Below, one piece after another: positions 17,230 through 25,698 of a DNA stretch of 32,000 nucleotides. The notes below the pieces were generated by a model. That model was given only the letters and a program-made list of their open reading frames with translations, was not told the origin of the DNA and made no database searches. This DNA comes from Synechococcus elongatus PCC 6301 (GTDB lineage Bacteria > Cyanobacteriota > Cyanobacteriia > Synechococcales > Synechococcaceae), in NCBI RefSeq assembly GCF_000010065.1, contig NC_006576.1, forward strand, positions 1,200,001 through 1,232,000, written 5' to 3'. Numbering within the stretch: the stretch's first letter is position 1; the number at the start of each line of letters is the position of its first letter. Position numbers and translations under genes: made by a program.

Positions 17230-17303
17230 TTGTTGCTTTCCCCATTCCACCATTGGCTAGGGCTTGGACGCAAGCGTTTAAAATCAGAGCCAAGCATCTG
17301 AGT

Positions 17304-17528
17304 ATGACTGTGACTCTGATCATTGCAGCCTTGTACCTTGCCCTCGCTGGGGCTTATCTGTTGGTGGTTCCGGCGGCACTGTACCTGTACCTCCAAAAAC
17401 GCTGGTATGTCGCCAGCTCTTGGGAACGGGCTTTCATGTACTTTTTGGTCTTCTTCTTCTTCCCAGGACTGCTGTTGCTGGCACCGCTGCTGAACTTCCG
17501 GCCGCGATCGCGCCAGATCCCAGCCTAG
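17304..17528 (+). CDS. ndhL: NAD(P)H-quinone oxidoreductase (NDH-1) subunit L
   Basis: 74 aa starting from the internal ATG at 17304 of track ORF 17112-17528, whose first 64 codons are antisense to the tRNA/intron. The protein has two TM helices, and [26 protein letters not shown]...[17 protein letters not shown] fits the NdhL pattern. Confidence 0.75.
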   Translation: MTVTLIIAALYLALAGAYLLVVPAALYLYLQKRWYVASSWERAFMYFLVFFFFPGLLLLAPLLNFRPRSRQIPA

Positions 17529-17858
17529 ATGCGACGCCTAGACATCCTGCTACTGGGAGCAGGCTTGGTGGGAACGGGGGCGCTGCTCTACAGCGTCCTA
17601 CAGCGCTTTGGCTTAGCCGAGTTTGATGCGGGCATTTGGAGCGAAGCCCTGCTGGTGGGCGGCGTGGTGCTCTGGAGCTTGACCTATGTCTTTCGGGTAT
17701 TGACCAAGCGGATGACCTACGCGCAGCAACTACGCGACTACGAAGAAGCCGTCTTGCAAAAACGCCTTGAAGAACTGTCGCCGGAAGAGCTGGCTAGCCT
17801 GCAAGCTGAAGTAGAAGCTGAGCGACAAGCGCGATCGCAAGAGTCCTCTCAGTCCTAA
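17529..17858 (+). CDS. DUF3007-family membrane protein
   Basis: 109 aa, with two N-terminal TM helices and then a charged coiled tail (YAQQLRDYEEAVLQKRLEELSPEEL). Its ATG directly abuts the ndhL TAG (17526-17531). Confidence 0.6.
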   Translation: MRRLDILLLGAGLVGTGALLYSVLQRFGLAEFDAGIWSEALLVGGVVLWSLTYVFRVLTKRMTYAQQLRDYEEAVLQKRLEELSPEELASLQAEVEAERQARSQESSQS

Positions 17859-17888
17859 GATCAGACTTTGGCCGTCTTTGAACTGGGC

Positions 17889-18689
17889 ATGACTGCAATT
17901 TCTGACTGCTTTGCCGCCCTGCGATCGCAGGGACGCTGTGCATTGATCCCGTTTTTGACGGCGGGCGACCCGGATTTAGAAACCACCCGTCAGGCATTGC
18001 TGGCCCTCGATCGGGAAGGTGCTGACCTGATCGAGTTGGGTGTGCCCTACTCTGATCCGCTGGCTGACGGGCCCGTGATTCAAGCAGCAGCAACGCGTGC
18101 CCTGCAAGCGGGGACGCGACTGGATGATGTCTTGGCACTGCTCAAGGACGTGCGATCGCAGATCAAAGCGCCGATTGTGCTGTTTACCTATTGCAACCCA
18201 ATTCTGAACCGCGGCTTCGAAGCCTTCTTGGATCAGATCGCGGCAGCTGGCGCGAATGGTTTGGTTGTACCCGATCTGCCCTTGGAAGAGTCCCAACGTC
18301 TCTCAGAAGTCGCAGCTGAGCGTGGCATTGATTTGATTCTGCTGATTGCACCGACGAGTTCCGCTGATCGCATTGCAGCGATTAGTAAGCAGGCTCGTGG
18401 CTTTATCTACCTTGTCAGCGTCACCGGTGTCACTGGGATGCGCCAAGGGATGCAGTCCCGTGTTGCGGATCTCCTGCAAGAAATTCGCCAAGGGACTGAT
18501 AAGCCGATCGGGGTTGGCTTCGGGATTTCGGGAGCAGAGCAAGCTCGACAAGTGCGCGATTGGGGCGCCGATGGTGTGATCGTTGGCAGCGCCTTCGTGA
18601 ATCGCCTGCAAGAGCAGGGCGTGGAAGGGGTGGCCACACTCTGTCGGGAACTACGGCAGGCGATCGATCGCCAACCCGTCCTGTCCTAA
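17889..18689 (+). CDS. trpA: Tryptophan synthase alpha chain
   Basis: [35 protein letters not shown] and [13 protein letters not shown] motifs. I prefer the ATG at 17889 over the TTG at 17868. Confidence 0.93.
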   Translation: MTAISDCFAALRSQGRCALIPFLTAGDPDLETTRQALLALDREGADLIELGVPYSDPLADGPVIQAAATRALQAGTRLDDVLALLKDVRSQIKAPIVLFTYCNPILNRGFEAFLDQIAAAGANGLVVPDLPLEESQRLSEVAAERGIDLILLIAPTSSADRIAAISKQARGFIYLVSVTGVTGMRQGMQSRVADLLQEIRQGTDKPIGVGFGISGAEQARQVRDWGADGVIVGSAFVNRLQEQGVEGVATLCRELRQAIDRQPVLS

Positions 18690-18857
18690 AGACGCTCTGC
18701 ATAATCAGCAGGGGTTAGTTGCTGGATAGAACGATAGTGGTTGTCTAAATTGCCAGGCTGCCTACTATCCTTGGAGCAATTGGTGGGAGTTGCTCCTCCC
18801 GTATCTGCTTAGGTCATTACAAGGAGTCTTCTGGCGCGTATCATTGCCCTGGAATAC

Positions 18858-19130
18858 ATGAAAGCTTTTTGCTGGGACGCAGAGAAAAATAAGCAGTTAA
18901 AAGCTGAACGTGGTGTGCAGTTTGAGCAAGTAGTCCTTGCAATTCAGCAAGGCCAGCTTCTTGATATTCTTCAGCATCACAATCCTGAAAAATATCCGCA
19001 TCAACGTATTTTTATTGTCAAGTTCAACAACTATATCTACTGTGTTCCTTTTATTGAAGACGATCAAACAATTTTCCTTAAAACGATTATCCCCAACCGA
19101 AAAATGACAAAGAGATATCGAGGCTCTTAA
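18858..19130 (+). CDS. BrnT-like (DUF497-like) type II toxin
   Basis: 90 aa. The N-terminal F-x-WD-x-x-KN-x-x-L...RGV-x-FE and C-terminal IFLKTIIPNRKMTKRY resemble the BrnT/COG2929 pattern. Located in an AT-rich, HIP1-free islet. Confidence 0.6.
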   Translation: MKAFCWDAEKNKQLKAERGVQFEQVVLAIQQGQLLDILQHHNPEKYPHQRIFIVKFNNYIYCVPFIEDDQTIFLKTIIPNRKMTKRYRGS

Positions 19131-19131
19131 C

Positions 19132-19416
19132 ATGAATAACCATGCTCGATCGGAAGAAGAAATCTTGATTCAATCGATAGAGTCGGGTGAGTGGCATTCA
19201 GTGGATTCACTCAGCTCAGAGATTAAACGCTATCAAAATTATGCCCAAGCACAATCAGAAACAGAAATAAAAGTTACTCTAAGCCTGTCTGAGGTTCATC
19301 AACTTCAAGCAACAGCAGAGCAGCTAGAGACATCAGTATCAGAACTGATCGCCCAAGCAGTCCGCCGTTATCTTCACGTCGATACAGTTGTTAGGGATCC
19401 AGCAATCTCTGATTAA
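19132..19416 (+). CDS. BrnA-like (CopG/RHH) antitoxin
   Basis: 94 aa. EEEILIQSIESGEWHSVDSL followed by a C-terminal RHH-like segment (IKVTLSLSEVHQLQATAEQLETSVSELIAQAVRRYL) is typical of BrnT partners. It starts 1 nt after the toxin stop codon. Confidence 0.62.
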   Translation: MNNHARSEEEILIQSIESGEWHSVDSLSSEIKRYQNYAQAQSETEIKVTLSLSEVHQLQATAEQLETSVSELIAQAVRRYLHVDTVVRDPAISD

Positions 19417-19458
19417 TATTTCCACTCGGCATTCCTACGGACTTGAGATAATTGTTGA

Positions 19459-20112
19459 TCATTTCAAGAGACTATTTCTGGCTAGAGAAGAGAATAAAGC
19501 CGTAACTTTCTCCAGATCCTTATCACCGGGCGATCGCTCAACACCACTGGAGAGATCAATACCAGCGGGGTGAAGCTGGGATAGCGCGGTCGTGATGTTC
19601 TCAGGTGTTAGACCACCTGCAAGCAGCCAAGGGCGAGAGGGTTGAAAGGCTTGCAATGCCTGCCAATCCAAGGTTGCACCAGTCCCTCCCAGCATCTGAG
19701 GGTGGTAGGCATCGAGCAGCAGCGTGTCTACGCAGTCTGTAAAGGACTCTGCCAGCGCCAAGTCAGCGGTTGAGCGAATTCGTAGGGCTTTGATCAATTC
19801 CAATGCAGGGAAGCGATCGCGCCAACGCTGACTGTCTGCTAGGGTTTCATCGCCATGGAGTTGAAGGCTGGTGATTCCCGCAGCCACGTAGGCTTCTAGT
19901 TCTTCAGCCGTGGCATTGGCAAACACACCGACACGATTGACGGTCGGATGGGTCTTCTGCAAAGCCTGAGCAATCTCAGCGACTTGGGCAGGGGAAACAT
20001 AGCGGGGTGACTGCCGTACCGCAATGAAGCCGATCGCCGTTGCGCCCAGATCGGCGATCGCGATCGCTTGTTGAGGATCGCGCAGTCCGCAGATTTTAAT
20101 GCGTAGGCCCAT
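19459..20112 (-). CDS. trpF: N-(5'-phosphoribosyl)anthranilate isomerase
   Basis: 217 aa. LRIKICGLRDPQQA, GFIAVRQSPRYV, LQLHGDE and LLDAY...GGTG are typical TrpF motifs. Confidence 0.9.
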   Translation of the reverse strand: MGLRIKICGLRDPQQAIAIADLGATAIGFIAVRQSPRYVSPAQVAEIAQALQKTHPTVNRVGVFANATAEELEAYVAAGITSLQLHGDETLADSQRWRDRFPALELIKALRIRSTADLALAESFTDCVDTLLLDAYHPQMLGGTGATLDWQALQAFQPSRPWLLAGGLTPENITTALSQLHPAGIDLSSGVERSPGDKDLEKVTALFSSLARNSLLK

Positions 20113-20208
20113 GGTGCATTGGCAGTTTGTTAAGTATTGGCAAGCCTTGCGTCAGGCAGGCAGCCTGATTCTTATCATGCTGGCTAGCTGAAACGAGGAG
20201 AAGAGTCG

Positions 20209-20451
20209 ATGAACCCAACCACGGTGGAATGGAACGCCAATGTCGCCGCAATCATGATCACCGCCAACCTGTTTGCGATCGCGATCGGCTACTTTGCCAT
20301 CCGCAACCGCGGCGTGGGCCCGGCATTACCGGTGCCGCTACCCGCAATTTTTAGTGGTTTTGGTCTGCCCGAGTTATTGGCAACCGCCAGCTTTGGCCAT
20401 CTACTGGGTGCTGGTTTCGTCCTAGGACTAGCCCAAGCAGGCTTGCTCTAG
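20209..20451 (+). CDS. psaK: Photosystem I subunit PsaK
   Basis: 80 aa with two TM helices. WNANVAAIMITANLFAIAIGYFAI and GLPELLATASFGHLLGAG are PsaK-like. GAGGAG lies 8 nt upstream of the ATG. Confidence 0.85.
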   Translation: MNPTTVEWNANVAAIMITANLFAIAIGYFAIRNRGVGPALPVPLPAIFSGFGLPELLATASFGHLLGAGFVLGLAQAGLL

Positions 20452-20525
20452 GGACAGTGGGGGAACGGGATTGAGCAAGAGGCAGCCTGTTTCCCCGATT
20501 CAGTTCTTAAGCCTGACGAAGCGCA

Positions 20526-20927
20526 CTAGCGCATCAGCTGCATTAGCTGGGTTTGAACGCGATTTTTGAGGGTCGGATTACTGTTTTGCATCTTCCGAAT
20601 TTCGATGAAGCGGCTGGGGCTCAGGCCATTGCGATCGAGGATTTGGGCCGACTGGCGACAAAACTGCTCAAATGATCGGCGCACGCTCGGCTCGTACTGC
20701 TGCCAAACATCCCGCTGATGACACCGCAGGGAGGGCACCGCTGACTGCCCCAGCTTGTCACGAATATCATTGAGTGTTGTCTGTCGCAGTTGCTCAATTT
20801 CCAGCGCAGACCGCGCAAAACTATCGATTTCCTCAGGGCTCGGAAAATCATCAGCTCGGGCGGCTAGCGGCATGAGCCAGACCGCAAGCACGAGCGGTAG
20901 CAAGGACTTGTACCAGTGATGAATCAT
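20526..20927 (-). CDS. Secreted DUF4168-like protein
   Basis: Signal peptide (LLPLVLAVWLMPLAARA), followed by a helical region with GLSPSRFIEIRKMQNSNPTLKNRV resembling DUF4168. Assigned by recognition only. Confidence 0.5.
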   Translation of the reverse strand: MIHHWYKSLLPLVLAVWLMPLAARADDFPSPEEIDSFARSALEIEQLRQTTLNDIRDKLGQSAVPSLRCHQRDVWQQYEPSVRRSFEQFCRQSAQILDRNGLSPSRFIEIRKMQNSNPTLKNRVQTQLMQLMR

Positions 20928-21011
20928 AGAGCCGAAATTACCGTAGCAGTCTCTTGGGGCGTTGCTGACCTAGTTCTATTGAAGCGGGGAGTCTGGGAAA
21001 AGTTCCGTCCG

Positions 21012-22010
21012 CTACAGACGCGATCGCGGGGGTTGGCAGCATTGGCAAAGGGCAATCACTTGGGATTGTAAATGCCCAAGCGGATCCGCTCCCTGCTTGA
21101 GCCCAAATTCGAGGTCGAGCAAGAGGGGCAAGGTTTGCTGTAGCTGACGACTGGTGAGCGATCGCACTTCTTGCAAAACAAAATGGACACGCTTGGGATT
21201 TCCAATTCCCGCTGCCGTGGCGATCGCTTGCGGATCTCGTTCTCCCCGCTCCTGCAGCAGTTTGACCCAGAGCCACATGCGGAATTGACCAATCAGCGTG
21301 GCACTGATCCGCAGCGCTGGTTCGTTGCTAGCGATCAAGTCACTGACCAAGCTAAGGGCGCGATCGCAGTCCCCTTGGCGAATGGCAGCTGCCAGTTGCA
21401 AGCTGTTTTGAGTCGTTGTGCTGACTAGGGCTTGGACTATGCGGGCTGTCACTGGCTCTGAGCGATCGCCTTGGAAGAGTTTCAGCTTTTCCAGTTCGCT
21501 GTAGAGCTGGCGGGTTTGATTGCCCACCGCTGCCGCCAAACAAGCCACTGCCTCGCGATCTAAACGGACGCCGACCTCATGGGCAACTTGGACAACCTGT
21601 TGCTCGAGCGCCTCACCGCGCCAAGGAGGAATGGGGGAGAACTCCTTCAGTTCCGCAACTTTTTGCAGTAGCTTAGTGGATTTCAGTCGGCCATTTGGCT
21701 TACCCGTACTGCTGAACAGCAACACCGTTGTCTCGGGCATTTGGGGCAAGGTGCGAGTCAGCTCGGCATAGACCGCATCGGAACATTGCTGGGCCAAGGG
21801 CGTTTCCGGCAGCCAGATGAAGCGTTGCCCCGCCCCAAAGGGTGGCGTTAGTGCTAGCGACAGAGCAACCAGCACCCCATCTGCTTGTTCTGGGGGAATC
21901 CGCTCGCTGTTAAAACTCGCCCACATTGGATCTACGCTGCGATCGCGCAACTTTTCCACCGCTTGTCGCAGGGCGAATTCATCTTCTCCCCAAAAGTAGT
22001 AAACAGGCAT
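21012..22010 (-). CDS. holA: DNA polymerase III delta subunit
   Basis: MPVYYFWGEDEFALRQAVEKL is a HolA-like N-terminus, and the protein is ~330 aa of helical clamp-loader-like sequence. I prefer the ATG at 22010 over 22046. Confidence 0.78.
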   Translation of the reverse strand: MPVYYFWGEDEFALRQAVEKLRDRSVDPMWASFNSERIPPEQADGVLVALSLALTPPFGAGQRFIWLPETPLAQQCSDAVYAELTRTLPQMPETTVLLFSSTGKPNGRLKSTKLLQKVAELKEFSPIPPWRGEALEQQVVQVAHEVGVRLDREAVACLAAAVGNQTRQLYSELEKLKLFQGDRSEPVTARIVQALVSTTTQNSLQLAAAIRQGDCDRALSLVSDLIASNEPALRISATLIGQFRMWLWVKLLQERGERDPQAIATAAGIGNPKRVHFVLQEVRSLTSRQLQQTLPLLLDLEFGLKQGADPLGHLQSQVIALCQCCQPPRSRL

Positions 22011-22162
22011 GGCAGCCGCCAGATGATGCCGCGATCGCGAGGTCAATCCTGATCCCGACCTTCACTCTAAAGGCTGAGCGCCCAGCCCTTGACGTTCCTG
22101 CCCTACGCTCGTCGACCGCAATCGCGGTGCTAGGATCAGCGCCTGTCAGCGCTTCATCGATC

Positions 22163-23285
22163 ATGGACACGCTTGAGATTAAACGTCAGCACGAACCGCT
22201 CCGTAGCCGCCTGAGCCACGCTCAGGACTATCTTTGACGTTCCTGCCCTACAAGCGCGGATTCAAGATTTAGAACAAGAAGCAGCGCAACCTGACTTTTG
22301 GGATAACCAGGCCACAGCGCAGAAAATTCTCAAGCAGCTTGATGACTGCAAAAGCCAAGTTCAGCGACTGGTGGACTGGCAACAACTCGACGCCGATATC
22401 ACCGCCATTCTGGAGTTGCTGGCGATTGAGCCCGACCCTGCCCTATTTGAAGAAGCGGAAACCAACGTCCAGCGACTGCAGCGCGAGCTGGATCAGTGGG
22501 AACTACAGCAACTGCTATCGGGCCCTTATGATGCTGAGGGAGCGATCCTCTCGATTAACGCTGGGGCTGGCGGCACCGATGCCCAAGACTGGGCCGAGAT
22601 GTTGCTGCGGATGTATACCCGCTGGGCCGAAGACCAAGGCTACAAGGTACGGATTACCGAGCTGTCCGAAGGGGAGGAAGCGGGCATTAAATCGGTCACC
22701 TTGGAGATTGAGGGCAAGTACGCCTACGGCTATCTCAAAGCCGAGAAGGGGACCCATCGCCTCGTCCGCATTTCTCCCTTCAACGCTAACGACAAGCGCC
22801 AGACCAGCTTTGCTGGGGTAGAGGTGATGCCGGTGCTCGACACTGATATCGACCTGGAGATTCCTGAGAAAGACCTCGAGATCACCACCTCCCGCGCCGG
22901 TGGCAAAGGCGGCCAGAACGTCAACAAAGTCGAGACCGCCGTGCGGATTGTTCACCTGCCGACGGGCCTCGCAGTACGCTGTACCGAAGAGCGATCGCAG
23001 CTGCAGAACAAAGAGAAAGCCCTGGTCATTCTCAGGGCGAAATTACTGGTCGTTTTGCAGGAACAGAAAGCCAAGGAAGTCGCGGAAATTCGCGGCGATA
23101 TGGTGGAAGCAGCCTGGGGCAATCAAATTCGCAACTACGTCTTCCATCCCTATCAGCTGGTTAAGGATCTCCGAACTGGCGTAGAAACCAAGGCGATCGC
23201 CGATGTGATGAATGGCGACCTCAATCCCTTTATCCAGGCCTATCTGCGCCAAGATAACCAAATGTTGATCGAAACCACTGTCTAA
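22163..23285 (+). CDS. prfB: Peptide chain release factor 2, made via a programmed +1 ribosomal frameshift (frame 0 is 22163-22234, frame +1 is 22236-23285)
   Basis: Frame 0 reads [24 protein letters not shown] and then TGA at 22235-22237. The +1 frame continues [25 protein letters not shown]... into track ORF 22371-23285, which carries SPF (RISPFNAN) and GGQ ([17 protein letters not shown]). Confidence 0.94.
22224..22238 (+). promoter_or_regulatory. prfB recoding signal: internal SD-like AGGA plus the slippery/stop motif CTT TGA C
   Basis: AGGA(22224-22227) - 4 nt - CTT(22232-22234) TGA(22235-22237) C(22238). This has the same architecture as the canonical RF2 autoregulatory frameshift site. 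Confidence 0.9.
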
Positions 23286-23302
23286 GGATCTGGATTGCAG
23301 CG

Positions 23303-23482
23303 ATGACAACGCCTGACTCACCGCCGGAAACAACGACTGCCTCGGCGCCAGCCAGAGATAGCTATGTCAAACTCGCCATGCGCAACATGGTACGGAAGGG
23401 ACGCAAGTCGCTCTTTCACTTTGGCCTGACGACCCTAGGCTTGATAGGTTTACTGGTTGGTTTGGCTTACCTGACGCGCTGA
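23303..23482 (+). CDS. Small membrane protein (59 aa), below the ORF-track cutoff
   Basis: Hand translation gives [59 protein letters not shown], a basic amphipathic segment plus one TM helix. It fills the prfB-ybeY gap exactly, and its TGA (23480-23482) lies 1 nt before the ybeY GTG. Confidence 0.55.
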   Translation: MTTPDSPPETTTASAPARDSYVKLAMRNMVRKGRKSLFHFGLTTLGLIGLLVGLAYLTR

Positions 23483-23483
23483 C

Positions 23484-24008
23484 GTGGCTTTACTAGACCT
23501 CACGGTGCAGATGGCCTGCAGCGATCGCCTGCCGGATTTGCCTTGGCAAGATTGGCTCGATCGCTGGTTGACAGATATCCAGCCACAGCTACCAGAAGAT
23601 TGGCAGGCCCCTACCTACGAAGCCTGCCTGCGCTTTGTCGATGATGCAGAAATTCAGCAACTCAATCGCGATTATCGCCAGCTGGATAAACCCACGGATG
23701 TTCTCGCTTTTGCTGCCCTAGAAGATGAGCTAGCGCTGGGTTTCGATCCTGAGGAGCCGCTCTATCTGGGCGACGTGATTATTTCAGTACCAACGGCTCA
23801 ACGCCAAGCCCAAGGCCATGCCCTAGAGACAGAACTGGTCTGGCTGAGTGCCCATGGCCTGCTCCATCTCCTGGGTTGGGATCACCCCAATGAAGAGCAG
23901 CTAGCCGCGATGCTGACGCAACAAGAGCGTTGGTTACAATTGGTGGCGGTTCCAGTGCCACCCCGCTGGTTGGATGAAGTCAGCCAACCCCCATCATCGG
24001 AGCCTTAA
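23484..24008 (+). CDS. ybeY: Endoribonuclease YbeY (rRNA maturation factor)
   Basis: Zinc-binding motif [11 protein letters not shown], the conserved TDVLAF segment, and a size of 174 aa. Confidence 0.9.
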
Positions 24009-24029
24009 GCTGTGATCGCCGATCGCTCA

Positions 24030-24917
24030 ACTGGCTCGGCTGCAATCATCAAGGGCACCGGTCAGCGCATCACTGCACCGGACAGCTAAAGTACGTCCCT
24101 GGATTAAAGCCCTGAGTTGAGGGTGTAGGGTCACCCCTGCTCTGGCGGATTTCTGAAGCTCTGTTTTTCCGTCACCGTGGTTAAGAGCAGGCAATTTCAC
24201 TGTTATTGCGGTGAAATTTGTCCATTCACAATGTAAGAAAGGGAATCAAAATAATCGAAAGGGGTCCTCATATCCAAACTGTTATCGCAGCAGGGAATTG
24301 TGGGCTGAGGCTCGCGAGGAATAATATCGTCAGGTCAACGGTTCTACCCCGTCTGTGACCTGATTTTACTGCAATATAGCCTTAGCTCAATCAATTCACT
24401 TTATCAACACGAGGGTAGAGCAACTCTTGCAGGGCACAATCGCCTAAGCCTCAGCTAAAAGCACAAATAAATTGATGACTGTCGAGAACAGTAGCAATCA
24501 TAGGTTTCAGATTATATCCTGATTTCACAAACTCCTTTTGACTCGAACAAGAGCCTGAGCAGTTGCCGATCTCAACAGACATTTAGGTGCCTGATAGCCA
24601 TCAATTTTCCTAGCCAAAAAATTGTAATTTTCGTGGCAGTGAGTGTCTAATACAATATCGGCAATCAGCATTGAATACCCACTAGAAATCACTATCAAGA
24701 TGCCATTTCTGAGACAGCCTGTGATGAATATCTTTCATAGCCTTTTCCCTAGGTGAAATCCGTCTCAGGCTGGGACTTTCAAGACTGGATTTTCTAGAGA
24801 TTAGCTAATGCAAAATAGCTCATGCCTGCCAAGATTAAATAGAGAGATCCAGCGGTAGGGGCTACAAATCGTTGAATTCAATAGACTGAACAGCTCTTTG
24901 CTTTCAATTGCCGATTA
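24030..24917. other. AT-rich, HIP1-free, ORF-poor spacer (a possible ncRNA locus or decayed acquired DNA)
   Basis: No track ORF of 60 aa or more lies wholly inside this stretch; only the rejected 86-aa ORF 24878-25138 (-) reaches its last ~40 nt. The longest hand-found ATG ORF is 48 codons (24671-24525, minus strand). There are no GCGATCGC sites between 23529 and 24917, and the stretch is visibly AT-richer than its flanks. Confidence 0.5.
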
Positions 24918-25187
24918 GCGATCGCTGCCATAGCCAAATGGGATTGAGCTGCTGAATTAGGAGTGCCCCTGTTACCTAGAGCATCCCTCACAAGATTTGG
25001 GAAAACGAGGCAGGAGAGCCAGTTTCCCTGCTTGCCAAGATAGGGTTTATTCAAGTTCTGGATGTTCTCTTGACCTAGCTGCGGGGCAGGCTGATTGAAT
25101 GCCAACCGAGGCGATCGAGCCATCACCTCTGGGGACAATCGCGGGAGAATGTCACACTGTGCACAATGGCTGTCTAGGGAGGCCTAC

Positions 25188-25634
25188 ATGCCCGACACTC
25201 AACTGCCTCCGAGTCGTCTGGAGGCCAATCTAGCTCGAAGCCGCGGCTATGCTTGGCGGATTGCGCCAAACCTCTTCAGTAGCTTCCGCTATGCCGGCAT
25301 GGGCGTGAGCTACGCGTTCCAAACCCAGCGCAACTTTCGGATCCATGTAGTCCTTGGCGCGATCGCCGTTGGGTTAGCGTTCGGTTTGGGGCTCAGCGCC
25401 ACCGATCGCGCGATCGTGACCCTCACAGTGGCTGCCGTGCTGGTGATGGAACTACTCAACACAGCCTTGGAATCCGTTGTCGATCTCACAGTCGAGCAGA
25501 GATATCACGAACTGGCTCGCATCGCTAAAGATTGTTCTGCTGGTGCGGTCCTAATCGCCGCGATCGCCGCTGTCCTCGTGGCCGCAACCTTGCTCCTGCC
25601 GCCGCTCTGGCTTCGTCTCAGCCTCTTGTGGTGA
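25188..25634 (+). CDS. dgkA: Diacylglycerol kinase (DgkA family membrane kinase)
   Basis: [18 protein letters not shown]...[16 protein letters not shown]...[19 protein letters not shown] matches the three-TM DgkA pattern. I prefer the ATG at 25188, with GGGAGG at 25177-25182, over the TTG at 25095. Confidence 0.85.
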   Translation: MPDTQLPPSRLEANLARSRGYAWRIAPNLFSSFRYAGMGVSYAFQTQRNFRIHVVLGAIAVGLAFGLGLSATDRAIVTLTVAAVLVMELLNTALESVVDLTVEQRYHELARIAKDCSAGAVLIAAIAAVLVAATLLLPPLWLRLSLLW

Positions 25635-25698
25635 GCACTCACCGGAATGGAGCCGCAGATCGTACGCTGGAAAGGACTGTTATTCCCGGATCGTCGCT

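Noticed and set aside
17036-17323. Track ORF of 95 aa on the minus strand, and the first 64 codons of the + ORF 17112-17528.
   Set aside because: Both run through the tRNA-Leu exons and the group I intron. Only the C-terminal 74 codons of the + ORF (from the ATG at 17304) look like a real protein, NdhL.
16900-17330. First impression of a tmRNA (ssrA) gene: a tRNA-like 3' end (T-arm GAGGG-TTCGAGT-CCCTC plus acceptor strand) with the matching 5' acceptor strand about 320 nt away.
   Set aside because: The two halves join into a complete tRNA with a proper anticodon arm (UAA) and a long variable arm. No tag-peptide reading frame is present. The intervening 240 nt carries group I intron core sequences. 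It is therefore an intron-containing tRNA-Leu, not tmRNA.
20147-20175. A possible psaK promoter: TTGCGT, 17 nt, then TCTTAT.
   Set aside because: Both hexamers are weak matches and there is no supporting feature, so confidence is too low to list as a feature.
21926-22162. A long N-terminal extension of the prfB frame-0 ORF (track ORF 21926-22237).
   Set aside because: The extension overlaps the holA 5' end on the opposite strand and has no RF2-like sequence. The ATG at 22163 gives the conserved short pre-frameshift peptide. The in-frame LDVPAL duplicate inside the extension is reported separately as a finding.
24878-25138. An 86-aa minus-strand ORF at the right edge of the ORF-less spacer.
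   Set aside because: It has no recognisable motifs or RBS, it runs into the dgkA upstream region, and its composition is unlike neighbouring genes. It is kept only as a possible pseudogene fragment within the spacer finding.
24009-25187. I considered a CRISPR array, an IS element or MITE, and RNase P / 6S / Yfr-type RNAs as explanations for the ORF-less spacer.
   Set aside because: There are no regularly spaced direct repeats, no terminal inverted repeats or target-site duplication that I could find, no transposase remnant, and no conserved RNase P or Yfr1-like core strings. A 6S-like or novel ncRNA cannot be excluded without folding or expression data.
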